Part shown: piece by piece, positions 7,705-18,825 of the stretch
How positions within the stretch are numbered: position 1 is the stretch's first letter
How the letters are laid out: every line of letters begins with the position of its first letter
Assembly (NCBI GenBank): GCA_964572175.1
Contig: CAZNEH010000002.1
Span: 1,406 to 65,405 of the forward strand
Direction of reading: 5' to 3'
Origin: an uncultured Gammaproteobacteria bacterium
GTDB taxonomy: Bacteria > Patescibacteriota > Patescibacteriia > UBA9570 > CAZNEH01
DNA length: 64,000 nt
Made by a program: the position numbers and the translations under genes
The notes under the pieces: generated by a model
What the model was told of the DNA's origin: nothing
The model's database searches: none
The model's input: only the letters and a program-made list of their open reading frames with translations

Positions 7705-9600
7705 ATGAAATTTAAGGTAGGGACCATATTTATAGCCATTATTGCGGCTTTTTTTATTTTTCAAAATCCTGTTTTAGCCACAGAAGTGGGCCAACCTATA
7801 TATAAAGAAGGAGAAATCCTAGTAAAATACAAAGAACCAGTCCTTGGAAACAGTCTGCAAACCATTCAAATAAGCCCTGAAAACGACTTAAACGCTGAAA
7901 TAGAGGGCCTAAAAAGAGATGATAACATCGAATATGCCGAGCCTGTTTTAATGCGGAAAATGACTAAAACTCCGGATGATCCTTATTATTCTTATCAATG
8001 GCACCATACTCAAACTAATGACGCTGACATAAATTCCCCTAAGGCTTGGGAAAAAACCACTGGTAAGACTGGAACAGTAATTGCCGTCATTGATTCTGGC
8101 GTAGACCTAGATCACCCCGATTTAAGTGCTAATATTTGGACAAATTCTGGAGAAACCCCTAATAATGGGATAGATGATGATGCTAATGGCTATGTTGACG
8201 ATTATTATGGATGGGACTTTGTAGATGATGATAATGATCCTAACCCAGACCCAGATGGAATCGACAATGATGGTGACGGTTATGCTGATTATGGTGTTAC
8301 TCACGGTACTCATGTCGCTGGTTTAGCCGCTGGTAAAGGAAATAACTCTACTGGCATTACCGGAGTTTGTTGGAAATGTAAAATCATGACCATTCAAGTT
8401 TTATCAGACGAAGGCTGGGGAGATTCTGCCGGCATTGCCGAGGGAATTAACTATGCCGTGGCCAATGGCGCTGACGTTATTAATATGAGCCTAGGAAGCT
8501 ATGGATATTCAACTGCTGAATATAATGCCGTGACCAATGCTATTGATCAAGGAGTAGTCGTTGTTGCCGCAGTCGGAAACGACACTATAGACTTAGACTG
8601 GTATCCTAATTATCCTTCTTGTTATACTGGCGTGCTCGGAGTTTCTTCAACTGATAGCTCTGACTACGCTTCATATTTTTCTAATTATGGTTCTTGTGCT
8701 GATGTAGCTGCTCCTGGTAGCTACGATTATTCTACTTTATTTTATAATTCTACTTACGGCTTTTATTATTACTACGGTTATATGAGTGGCACTTCCATGG
8801 CTTCTCCGGTTACCGCTGGCTTAGCTGGTTTAATGAAATCTTACGACTCTACTGCTAGTGTTAAAAAAATTCGCAACACAATTATAGATACTGCTGATTC
8901 TTTATCAACTCTTTCTACAGAATATGGCTCTGGCCGTTTAAATGCTAACAAGGCTTTAAACGAACTTAAAGATGAAGAGCGCCCAACCAAGCCTAAGACT
9001 ATTAATGCTTATAAAAAGCCTAATAAAAAGAAAAAGATTGCTAAAAATACTCGCACCACTGAAAAAAGCCCTTATTTTAAATGGTCTAAAGGTACTGACA
9101 ATAAGTCCGTAGCTGGTTATTATGTTTATTGGGGAACAAATAAAAAAGCTGGGCCTAAGGCCAAGGGAGATTATCAAACCGGTAAGACTTTAAAGAAATA
9201 TAAAATCCGTGGCAACGAAAAAGCTTATTATTTAAGAATAAAAACTAAAGACAGCTCTGGAAATATTTCCAAAGGAACAGCTCAATTCAAATATTTAGTC
9301 GATAACAAAGCTAAAAAACCAAAGTCAGTAAATGTTACTGATAAATCTAGCGGAGTTAAAGTAACTTGGAAGTGCGGAGAAAGCCATGTTAAGAGATTTA
9401 ATATTTTTAGACGAGTAGTTAAAGATGGCGGCAAAACCGGAGACTGGAAAAAAGTTAATACTACAGCCGTGACAGTTAAAAATTTCTTAGACACTTCTGC
9501 TGTTCAATGGAAAAAATATCAATATCGTATCCAAGTTAAGGATACTTTAAATAATACGGCTTATTCTAAAGCTAGTGATAATATTAAACATCGATTATAA
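7705..9600 (+). CDS. secreted S8 (subtilisin-like) serine protease with basic FN3-like C-terminal domains
   Basis: Signal peptide; catalytic triad motifs IAVIDSG, HGTHVAG, SGTSMASP. Confidence 0.93.
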   Translation: MKFKVGTIFIAIIAAFFIFQNPVLATEVGQPIYKEGEILVKYKEPVLGNSLQTIQISPENDLNAEIEGLKRDDNIEYAEPVLMRKMTKTPDDPYYSYQWHHTQTNDADINSPKAWEKTTGKTGTVIAVIDSGVDLDHPDLSANIWTNSGETPNNGIDDDANGYVDDYYGWDFVDDDNDPNPDPDGIDNDGDGYADYGVTHGTHVAGLAAGKGNNSTGITGVCWKCKIMTIQVLSDEGWGDSAGIAEGINYAVANGADVINMSLGSYGYSTAEYNAVTNAIDQGVVVVAAVGNDTIDLDWYPNYPSCYTGVLGVSSTDSSDYASYFSNYGSCADVAAPGSYDYSTLFYNSTYGFYYYYGYMSGTSMASPVTAGLAGLMKSYDSTASVKKIRNTIIDTADSLSTLSTEYGSGRLNANKALNELKDEERPTKPKTINAYKKPNKKKKIAKNTRTTEKSPYFKWSKGTDNKSVAGYYVYWGTNKKAGPKAKGDYQTGKTLKKYKIRGNEKAYYLRIKTKDSSGNISKGTAQFKYLVDNKAKKPKSVNVTDKSSGVKVTWKCGESHVKRFNIFRRVVKDGGKTGDWKKVNTTAVTVKNFLDTSAVQWKKYQYRIQVKDTLNNTAYSKASDNIKHRL

Positions 9601-9604
9601 AATT

Positions 9605-10030
9605 ATGTTATTAATTTATTTAGGACAATTATTACTTAGCGCTTTATTAGGCGCCTTAATTGGTATTGAACGCGAAACCGTTAACAAAGCCGCGGGTATG
9701 CGGACCTGCGCCATGGTTACCATGGGCGCAACTTTATTTACTATTATTTCTACCTCTGGAATCATAGGAGCCGGAGTTGATCCCTCTCGAATCGCTTCTC
9801 AAATTATTACTGGTATTGGATTTCTTGGGGCTGGTTTAATTATCTTTCACAAAGAAAAAATTACGGGTCTAACTACCGCCGCTGCTTTATGGGTCGCCGC
9901 CGCTATTGGTATGGCTGTGGGCTCTGAATTATACTGGATCGCTTGCTTTGTTACTGCTTTATCTTTAGTTATTTTACACTTCTTACCACAAATAGATGGA
10001 GATCCAAAATCTGTTAGGAAAAAGAAATAA
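9605..10030 (+). CDS. MgtC/SapB family membrane protein
   Basis: GALIGIERE...AGMRT, SRIASQIITGIGFLGAG, GLTTAA. Confidence 0.92.
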   Translation: MLLIYLGQLLLSALLGALIGIERETVNKAAGMRTCAMVTMGATLFTIISTSGIIGAGVDPSRIASQIITGIGFLGAGLIIFHKEKITGLTTAAALWVAAAIGMAVGSELYWIACFVTALSLVILHFLPQIDGDPKSVRKKK

Positions 10031-10072
10031 TTTGTGTTATAATATAGGCACAAATTAAAAAAAATTTTTATT

Positions 10073-13000
10073 ATGGCCCAGAAAACAAAAAAGAACGCAT
10101 TTTACTTATCTAGCGCTGTTTTTATTATATTGCTCAGCGTTTTTTTATTTAATTATCCTCCTCAAGAAACAAAAGCATTAACTACTATTAGCTGTGTTAC
10201 TGATACTGCTGTGAGCTCAGCTAGTTATAACACAAGTCATGACCTAGCTTTTAGTGCCGGAGGAGGAAATAATACCTGTGTTTTAACTGGTGATTTTAGT
10301 GTTAATTCTGTTACAGTGAACCCTAATGTTATTTTAACTCATACCGCTGAAAACGCAGATGGAGTTAGTATTACCACGGTTGATTATTTTACTTTAGATG
10401 TTAATGCATCTATCAATGTAGATGAAAAAGGCTGTAACGGTGAGTCTGATGCTGGTGGTTGGGGTCCTAATGCTTCTAATGTTTGCGCTGAATATGATGC
10501 TGGTTGGGGAGATGGCTCTATAAATGGATGGAATGGTACTCAAGGAGCTGGTCATGGTGGAGCCGGAGGACTAGGAACAGACGCTGCTTATGATGATGGT
10601 GGTCTTACCTATGGGTCTCCTACTGCTCCAATTTTATTTGGTTCTTCTGGTGGTCCAGCCTTTGATGACGGTGGAACCTCTGGTGATGGCGGTGGGTTAA
10701 TTATATTAAATATTGGCGGAACTTTTACTCATGACGGGTCTATCTCAGCTAATGCTGGAAACGGTAGTGGAGCTGAGGGTCCAGATTCTAAAGCTTCTGG
10801 TGGTGGATCTGGTGGATCCATTAATATTACCGCTAACTCCATAACTGGTTCTGGAGACTTTGCTGCAGATGGTGGAAATGGTGGAAATGGTACTGATGAT
10901 GACGCCGGTGGTGGAGGTGGGGGCGTATCGCGGTTAAATATGCTGGTGGTGATTATAGTTTTGATTCTACGGATTTTAGCGTAGCTGGCGGAACTATTAC
11001 TGATGGAGCAACCGCTGGAGACAAGGGAACAGTTTATGTAGAAAATACAACCTCTAATGCTGTTAATATTTATCATGGCTTTACCTATGCTTCAGATTAT
11101 AGTGAAGCATCTTGGACTGTAGATTCTTCCGCAACTAACCAATATTGTAACTATGGTGACCCTGATGAAACTGATGAGGCCACTCCTTCAATTACTGTTA
11201 CCGGAGCTCTTACTTTAACCGGGACTTTTGATTGCTCAGATAGCAATGTTACTAGTTTTGATACCGCCGTTGGTACAAGCATGAGCTTAACCGCTCTTAC
11301 TTTTACTTTAGCGGCCGAAGATGTTTGGACTATGAACGATGCTGTTCCTGCTACTGTAACTTCTTCTTCTGCTATTAACTCTAATGTTGAATGGACAAAT
11401 TTAACCAGTCTTAGTATAGATAGCACTTCTAGTATTAATGCTAATGAAAAAGGATGTGCTAGCGAAGGTGCTTCTTATGGTTACTTCCCAGATACTGATC
11501 CTGGAAATTATAATGTTTGTATAAATGCAGAGCCTGCTGGTAATGGCGGTGGACAAGGTAGTGACGGAGGGTGGATTGGCTCCCAAGGGGCTGGTTTTGG
11601 TGGGGCTGGAGGACTAGGTTCTGACGCAGGTTATAGTAATGGTGGCGTGGTCTATGGCTCTAATACTGCGCCTGATTTATTTGGTTCTGCTGGCGGTCCA
11701 GCTTGGGCTGATGATCCTGGTTCTGGTGATGGCGGTGGATTAATTCGCTTAGATGTTGATGGAACTTTTACTCATAATGGTGCCCTTTCTGTAGATGGTG
11801 GATCTGGTGGAGCAGCTACTAATGCTTCTGGTGGTGGATCTGGTGGGTCAATTTATATTACGGCTAGTGAAATATCAAATGGTGCTGGCTCAGACGGTAC
11901 ATTTTCTGCTGATGGTGGCCCTGGTGGAGATGGTAGTGGAGACGATGGTGGTGGTGGAGGCGGAGGACGAATCTCTGTTAGCGCTGTAGACAGTTTTGAC
12001 AATCTAGGCACTTTAACTGCGGCTGGCGTAGCCACTGGCGGAACTGCCACTGGAACTGCGGCTGCTGGTTCTAACGGTACTCTTTATACTCTTTTTTACA
12101 CTGCTCCAGACCAACCAACTCTTAGTCCTTCAGACTCTGCTCGTAACATGGCCCTAACTAGCTCAGCTTATTCTTCAAATGGTGCTTCCCATACTTCTAC
12201 CGATTGGTATGTTTGTACAGATGGCGCTTGCGATGCTAACAGTCTAGTTTGGTATTCAGAAGACGATGCTTCTAACCTAGAATCAATAACTGTAAATACT
12301 ACTAACGGAACTTTTTCAGGAGACTTAGCTGGTAAAACAAAACTTGCTCCAGCAACTAATCATCAAATAAAAGTTCGCCATACTAATGCCGCTGGTGATT
12401 CTACTTGGAGTGTATTTACTGGTCAAAATACCATTGCTAACAATGTTCCTTCCACTCCTACTAACTCTTCGCCAACAGACGCTGCTACAGATCAATCTAA
12501 AACTCCAACAATTTCTGCCTCTTCATACTCAGACTCAGATTCAGATACTCATACTTACAGCACTTGGAATACTTATGAATCTTCAGACTGTTCAGGAAGT
12601 GAAATTTGGTCTTCTGGATCAGTTGCCGCTAATGAATCTACCACTATTAATGAAGCAAGTGGAGCTTTTTCAGACAGTCACTTAGGTGAGGCAGACTTAA
12701 AAGGACATACCCAATATTCTTGGCAAGTAAGATATGACGATGAATACGATGGTCAATCAAGTTATTCAGCTTGTACCACTTTTACTACTTTAAACACTAC
12801 TCCAGTCGCTAGTGCTGGCTCAGACCAAACAGTTATTGAAGGAACTGACGCTACCTTAACGGCTACTTCTACAGATGATGACTGGAATGACACACCAACT
12901 AACACTTGGATAGAGTCTTTAGACTCTTCAGATGGGTGTACTCTTTCTGGAACAACTGCCACTACCTCAAATAAAGAAACTTCTTACACTTGCCAATTCC

Positions 13001-13878
13001 AAGTTACAGCTGACGATGGATCAAGTGGAGAGGATACAGACACCATGACTTTAACTGTCACCGCAGACAATGATGCTCCTGCTCTAGGTTCCATGGAAAC
13101 AAGTGTTACTATCGATGAAGAAGATACTCTTCTTGCCACCTACACTGCCACAGACGCAGACACTGCTTCTCTAAGTTTTACTGCTTCAAGTTTACCAACA
13201 GGCTCAACTTTAACAGATAACTCTAATAATACTGCTACTTTAACTTGGACCCCAGACTCAACTCAATCAGGAACATACACTTTAACTCTTCAAGTCTCAG
13301 ACGGCACAACTGCAGTCACTCAAAATATTACCATCACTGTAAACGACACAGTCCAAGACGAAGAGGAAGAAGAACCAGTAAACACCATCGAAGACATTGG
13401 TCTAGTCTCTGGCACAGAATCAGGCCCAGGTATTGTCACTTTATACGACAACGACAATGAAGAATTATGTTCAGTTAGAGCTTGGAACGAGGGTGGGTCA
13501 GTTCCATTCGCAGTTCGTTTCCTAGACACTACTTACGTGGCAGTTGTAAAAAATAAAGTAGGCACTACTATTCACCTTTATGATCTAAATTGTAATATTA
13601 TTGAGAAAAAGAGATTATCACCTAAACTACATCCTCGTAACATTGTCACTAGAAACTTCTTAGGTAAAACTACTTCTCAAGAAATAGGTTTAACCTCACG
13701 AAGAGGAAGCACAGTATATGGTAAGATCTTCAGATATAATCCAAACAAAGACAAATGGTACTTACTAAGACAAAAAACATTTAGACCAGTTCCAACTGGA
13801 TATAACCTAAAGAAAACCAAAAAAGGAAATATTCTCATCAAGAAAAACAATAAAACTCTCCACAAGTGGGAGATATAA
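10073..13878 (+). pseudogene. giant Gly-rich secreted/surface protein, paralog 1, split by a 1-nt frameshift at G5 (10919-10923)
   Basis: ORF 10073-10984 plus a frame open from 10924 to 13878. Adding one G restores GGGGGGRIAV and gives 1268 aa, collinear with paralog 33699-37490 (1263 aa). Confidence 0.85.
13297..13878 (+). repeat. shared 3' module of the giant surface proteins, copy 1
   Basis: Near-identical to 36909-37490 and to ~29645-30163. Confidence 0.95.
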
Positions 13879-13894
13879 TATCAATATAAAATAA

Positions 13895-13919
13895 GCCCCG
13901 ACTGAAGTCGGGGCCTTTT
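13895..13919 (+). terminator. terminator hairpin after surface protein 1
   Basis: GCCCCGACT-GA-AGTCGGGGC followed by T tract; similar hairpin at 2127-2146. Confidence 0.65.
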
Positions 13920-13970
13920 ATTATCTGCTTTTTTATGTTAGCCTTATAATATAAATAATAATCTTCTATT

Positions 13971-14011
13971 CCCCCTCTCCACGAAGGTGGAGAGGGGGCT
14001 AGGGGGTGAGG
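13971..14011 (+). repeat. BoxC/PIT-like repeat copy 2
   Basis: CCCCCTCTCCACGAAGGTGGAGAGGGGG-CTA-GGGGGTGAGG. Confidence 0.85.
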
Positions 14012-14022
14012 AAAGAAGAAAT

Positions 14023-15249
14023 ATGAAACAAATAGTTAAAAAGTTAATTCCTAAATCAGGATTATCCTTATATCATAAAAGCCTAGCTTATTTAGCTGAT
14101 TCTTGTTATAAGCATCCTTCTCGCCAGTTAAAGGTTATCGGAATTACCGGTACTAAAGGAAAATCTACGGTAGCTAATTTAGTTTGGCATATTCTAACTC
14201 TTTCTAATCACAAGGTTGGCCTTACTTCTACTGCTAATATAAAAATAGGCGACAAAGAAAGAATGAATCCTTATAAGATGACTATGCCTGGACGGTTTGA
14301 AATGCAAAGATTGTTAAAAGAAATGGTCGACGCTGGTTGCGACTATGCAATTATTGAAACCACTTCTCAAGGAATCCTTCAATGGCGTCATGCTTGTATA
14401 GATTATAATGTTGTTGTCTTCACCAATCTTTACCCAGAGCACATAGAGGCTCATGGCGGGTTTGAAAATTATAAAAAAACTAAACTAGAATTATTTAAAA
14501 TAAACCCCAAAGTAAGTGTTATCAATATTGACGATGAGAATCATAAAGAATTTTTAGACCAGCCTGCTGAACAAAAATATACTTTCTCTCAGTCAGAAGT
14601 TAGCGACCTAGAAGTAGATAAAACAGGAATAAATTTTACATATAAAAACATTCGCTTCGAAGTTCCTCTTTTAGGAGAAGTTAATTTATTAAATATTTTA
14701 GCCGCTATTAAGATTGCTGAGTCTCAAGAAATTAAGATTGATCAAATCGCTCGAGCTTTATATACTTTTCCTGGAGTCCCTGGTCGTATGGAACTAATCA
14801 ACGAAGGTCAAGATTTTACCGTTATTGTCGACTATGCCCACGAACCTCGAGGCGTAGAACTTTTATATAAATTTTTAACTAAAATAAAAACTAATAAAAT
14901 AATCACTGTCACTGGATCTTGCGGTGGAGGTAGAGACGAGTGGGTTCGAAAGATTAAAGGGGAGCTAGCTGATAAATATTGTGATTATGTAATAGTAACC
15001 AACGAAGATCCCTATGACGAAGATCCGCAAGTTATTATAGACCAAGTTAGCCAAAGTATTCCCCCAGAAAAATTATTTAAGATTTTAGACCGTAAAGAAG
15101 CCATTAAAAAGGCTTTTGAGCTGGCTGAGTCCGGAGATATCGTCGTTTTAACTGCTAAAGGCTCAGAACAAGCTATTGTTGGTAAAAATATGAAGAAAAT
15201 CCCCTGGGACGAAAGAGAAGTAGCTAGAAAACTGCTTAAAAACAGCTAA
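14023..15249 (+). CDS. murE: UDP-N-acetylmuramyl-tripeptide synthetase (Mur ligase)
   Basis: GITGTKGKST, ETTSQG, FTNLYPEH, VPGRME, VDYAHEP, NEDPYDEDP; start set to ATG 14023. Confidence 0.88.
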   Translation: MKQIVKKLIPKSGLSLYHKSLAYLADSCYKHPSRQLKVIGITGTKGKSTVANLVWHILTLSNHKVGLTSTANIKIGDKERMNPYKMTMPGRFEMQRLLKEMVDAGCDYAIIETTSQGILQWRHACIDYNVVVFTNLYPEHIEAHGGFENYKKTKLELFKINPKVSVINIDDENHKEFLDQPAEQKYTFSQSEVSDLEVDKTGINFTYKNIRFEVPLLGEVNLLNILAAIKIAESQEIKIDQIARALYTFPGVPGRMELINEGQDFTVIVDYAHEPRGVELLYKFLTKIKTNKIITVTGSCGGGRDEWVRKIKGELADKYCDYVIVTNEDPYDEDPQVIIDQVSQSIPPEKLFKILDRKEAIKKAFELAESGDIVVLTAKGSEQAIVGKNMKKIPWDEREVARKLLKNS

Positions 15250-15255
15250 TAGCTA

Positions 15256-15366
15256 CCCTCTCCACGAAGGTGGAGAGGGGCTGGGGGAGAGGCAAGAGAG
15301 GAATCTGCATAACCTGTGGATAAAAAAGCTCCCTCTCCACGAAGGTGGAGAGGGCGGGGGGAGAGG
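15256..15366 (+). repeat. BoxC/PIT-like repeat copies 3 (15256-15292) and 4 (15331-15366) flanking a DnaA box
   Basis: Two CCCTCTCCACGAAGGTGGAGAGGG units with G-rich tails; TGTGGATAA at 15315-15323. Confidence 0.85.
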
Positions 15367-15430
15367 AATTCCTAACTTTAGCCATTTTTTCTTCATGTGG
15401 ACAAAAAACTTGACAATTTTTTAGCTGGGC

Positions 15431-15459
15431 TTGACAAAAGTTGACAAATCTATTATCAT
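15431..15459 (+). promoter_or_regulatory. rpoBC promoter
   Basis: TTGACA-17-TATCAT; additional TTGACA at 15410 and 15441. Confidence 0.65.
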
Positions 15460-15514
15460 CATAGGTGAAATATTAATAGCCATTAAGTGGTAATTATCAA
15501 TAAAAGGGCCTACA

Positions 15515-15536
15515 ACCTGCCTGCCGGCAGGCAGGT
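15515..15536. repeat. 22-bp perfect palindrome in the rpoB leader
   Basis: ACCTGCCTGCCGGCAGGCAGGT. Confidence 0.8.
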
Positions 15537-15596
15537 AAAAATAACTAATTAATTAACTCTCTGTGAAAACAAATCACGCAGAGAGGTTTTATTTTT

Positions 15597-18500
15597 ATGC
15601 CTACAAAAAAAACACTATCCCAGCGTCGTTATTTCTCATCATCACAAGACGCTATCCCATTGCCAAATCTAATTGAAGTTCAAAAAGCTTCCTACGATTG
15701 GTTCTTACAAGAAGGGCTTAAAGAATTATTAGACGAGATTTCTCCGATCGAAGACTTTACTGGTCGCGATTTAGAAATCAGCTTCACCGATTATTATCTA
15801 GATGAACCTCGTTTCGACGAAAAAGTTGCTAAAGACAAGAACATTACCTTTGAAGCTGCTCTAAGAGTTAACGCTGTTTTAACCAACAAAAGAAGTAAGA
15901 CTAAAAAAGAGCAAGAAGTTTATTTAGGAGATTTTCCTTTAATGACTGATCGCGGTACTTTTATTATTAATGGTATTGAAAGAGTAGTAGTTAACCAGCT
16001 GATTCGTTCCGCTGGTGTATTTTTTACCTCAGAAATTATCAAAGGACGCCGACACTATGGAGCTAAGATTATTCCTAATCGTGGTGCTTGGTTAGAATTT
16101 GAAACTGATGCTAAAGGATTTATCTGGGTTAAAGTTGATCGTAAAAGAAAAGTTGCCGCTACTTCCTTATTAAGAGCTTTTGGTTTAAGTACTGATGAAG
16201 AAATTATTAAAGCTTTTGCTAAAGTAGACACTGGTGACCATAAATTTATTACTGAAACTATTACTAAAGACTTAGCCAAGTCTGAGGGTGAAGGACTAAA
16301 AGAAGTTTACAAAAGAATCCGTCCAGGTGATCTAGCTACTGTAGATAATGCTCGTGGTTTAATCCACTCTATGTTCTTCAACTTCTCTCGTTACGATTTC
16401 GGTAGAGTAGGTCGTTATAAAATCAACAAGCGTTTTGGTTTTGATCTTCCTATTACTAAAGAAAACCGTGTTTTACGCTTAGATGATTTAATTTCTGTTT
16501 TATCAGAAATTATTCGCTTAAATAATACTCAAGACGAAGCTGACGATATTGATCATTTAGGAAACAGACGTGTTCGAGCCGTGGGTGAATTAGTTCAAAA
16601 CAAATTCCGTATTGGTTTAGCTCGAATGGAACGTATTGTTAAAGACAGAATGTCTACGACTGATGTTGATGCCTTAACTCCTGGGCAACTTATTAATGCT
16701 CGTCCAGTGATTGGGTCTGTTAAAGAATTTTTCATGTCTTCTCAGTTGTCTCAATTCATGGACCAAATTAATCCTTTATCAGAGTTAGAGCATAAACGAA
16801 GATTATCTGCTATGGGTCCTGGTGGTCTTTCTAGAGAGCGTGCTGGATTTGAAGTTCGTGATGTACATAGAACTCACTACGGCCGTATCTGTCCAATTGC
16901 TACTCCTGAAGGTCCAAACATTGGTCTAGTTGGTCACTTAGCTTGTTATGCTAGAATTAATGAATTTGGTTTTGTTGAAACTCCTTTCTTAAAAGTAAAA
17001 GATGGAAAAGTTTCTACCGAAGTAGCTTGGCTAGATGCTTTTGAAGAAGAAAAAACCACTACTGTTGCTGCCACTACAGAAGTAGATGACAACGGCAAGA
17101 TTGTTAAAGAAATGGTAGAAGCTCGAAAAAACATGCATCCTAAAATTGTAAACGTTTCCGAAGTAGAATACATGGATGTTTCTCCAAAACAAATTATTTC
17201 TATTGCTACTTCCTTAATTCCTTTTGTAGAACATGATGATGCGGTTCGTGCCCTAATGGGAACAAACATGCAACGTCAGGCTGTTTCTTGTATTAAGCCT
17301 GATTCTCCAATTATTGGAACTGGTGTAGAGGCTCGTTCTGCGATCGATTCTGGCCACGTAGTTTTAGCTAAAGAAGCTGGAGAAGTGACCAGTCTTTCTT
17401 CTCATGAAATTAAAGTTACTACTAAAAAAGGAGATGTTTATACTCACGGTTTAGGAAAATTTGTTAGATCAAATGCTTCCACTTGTATGAATCAACGTCC
17501 TACTGTTAATATTGGCGACAAAGTTAAAAAAGGCGACGTTATGGCCGATGGACCTTCTACCGATAAAGGTGAATTAGCCTTAGGTCAAAACGTATTAGTA
17601 GCTTACATGCCTTGGGAGGGCGGTAACTACGAAGACGCTATCTTAATTTCTGAGCGCTTAGTTGGTCAAGACAAATATACTTCTATTCATATTGAAGACT
17701 ACACTGTAGATATTCGTGATACTAAACTTGGGCCAGAAGTAATTACTCGAGACATCCCGAATGTTTCTGAAGAAAAATTAAAAGACTTAGATGAAAATGG
17801 AGTTATTCGTATCGGAGCTAAAGTAGCCTCTGGAGACATCTTAGTTGGTAAAATTACTCCTAAGGGTGAAACTGAATTATCTGCTGAAGAAAAATTATTA
17901 CGCGCTATTTTTGGTGAAAAAGCCAAAGACGTTAAAGACTCTTCTTTATACTTAGAACATGGTGAGCATGGAAAAGTAGTTGATATCAAAGTTTTTTCTA
18001 AAGAAGAAGGCGATAAGCTTCCTTCTGGAGTTATTAAAACCATTCAAGTTTCTGTGGCTCAGCTAAGAAAGATCCAAGTAGGTGATAAAATGGCTGGTCG
18101 TCATGGTAACAAAGGTGTTATTTCTAGAATCGTTCCTTTGGCTGACATGCCATTTAGAGAAGACGGTACTCCAGTAGATATTATTTTAAATCCTCTAGGT
18201 ATTGTTTCTCGTATGAACTTAGGCCAAGTTTTAGAAACTCACTTAGGATTAGCTGCCGAAGCTCTAGGATATAAGGCTGCAATTCCTGCTTTCTCTAGAG
18301 TAAAAGAATCTGTTATTTCAGAAGAGCTTAAAAAAGCTGGCTATCCTGAATCTGGAAAAATTACTCTTTACGACGGTCGTAGCGGAGACAAATTCTACGA
18401 ACCAGTTACTTGTGGATATTCTTATATGCTTAAACTAAACCATTTAGTTGAAGATAAGATTCACCAACGTTCAATTGGTCCTTACTCTCTGGTTACTCAA

Positions 18501-18821
18501 CAACCTCTAGGTGGTAAAGCACAATTTGGTGGACAACGTTTCGGAGAAATGGAAGTTTGGGCCTTAGAAGGATACGGTGCGGCCCATACTTTACAAGAAA
18601 TTTTGACCATTAAATCAGATGATGTTCCTGGTCGAAGTAAAGCTTACGAATCAGTTATTAAAGGTGAGCCAATCAAAAACTTAAATATTCCTGAATCCTT
18701 TAACGTATTAGTCCGCGAATTAAAAGGACTATGTCTTGAAGTTGAACTTATTGAACCAGAAAAGAAAGAAGAGCCTGAGTCTCCTGACGAGGGCGGAGAG
18801 TCTAAACAAGATAACGAATAA
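15597..18821 (+). CDS. rpoB: RNA polymerase beta subunit
   Basis: [35 protein letters not shown]. Confidence 0.99.
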   Translation: MPTKKTLSQRRYFSSSQDAIPLPNLIEVQKASYDWFLQEGLKELLDEISPIEDFTGRDLEISFTDYYLDEPRFDEKVAKDKNITFEAALRVNAVLTNKRSKTKKEQEVYLGDFPLMTDRGTFIINGIERVVVNQLIRSAGVFFTSEIIKGRRHYGAKIIPNRGAWLEFETDAKGFIWVKVDRKRKVAATSLLRAFGLSTDEEIIKAFAKVDTGDHKFITETITKDLAKSEGEGLKEVYKRIRPGDLATVDNARGLIHSMFFNFSRYDFGRVGRYKINKRFGFDLPITKENRVLRLDDLISVLSEIIRLNNTQDEADDIDHLGNRRVRAVGELVQNKFRIGLARMERIVKDRMSTTDVDALTPGQLINARPVIGSVKEFFMSSQLSQFMDQINPLSELEHKRRLSAMGPGGLSRERAGFEVRDVHRTHYGRICPIATPEGPNIGLVGHLACYARINEFGFVETPFLKVKDGKVSTEVAWLDAFEEEKTTTVAATTEVDDNGKIVKEMVEARKNMHPKIVNVSEVEYMDVSPKQIISIATSLIPFVEHDDAVRALMGTNMQRQAVSCIKPDSPIIGTGVEARSAIDSGHVVLAKEAGEVTSLSSHEIKVTTKKGDVYTHGLGKFVRSNASTCMNQRPTVNIGDKVKKGDVMADGPSTDKGELALGQNVLVAYMPWEGGNYEDAILISERLVGQDKYTSIHIEDYTVDIRDTKLGPEVITRDIPNVSEEKLKDLDENGVIRIGAKVASGDILVGKITPKGETELSAEEKLLRAIFGEKAKDVKDSSLYLEHGEHGKVVDIKVFSKEEGDKLPSGVIKTIQVSVAQLRKIQVGDKMAGRHGNKGVISRIVPLADMPFREDGTPVDIILNPLGIVSRMNLGQVLETHLGLAAEALGYKAAIPAFSRVKESVISEELKKAGYPESGKITLYDGRSGDKFYEPVTCGYSYMLKLNHLVEDKIHQRSIGPYSLVTQQPLGGKAQFGGQRFGEMEVWALEGYGAAHTLQEILTIKSDDVPGRSKAYESVIKGEPIKNLNIPESFNVLVRELKGLCLEVELIEPEKKEEPESPDEGGESKQDNE

Positions 18822-18825
18822 ATAT

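Noticed and set aside
15250-15596. Replication origin
   Set aside because: Only one perfect and one or two degenerate DnaA boxes, no dnaA/dnaN nearby, and similar boxes occur at other promoters.
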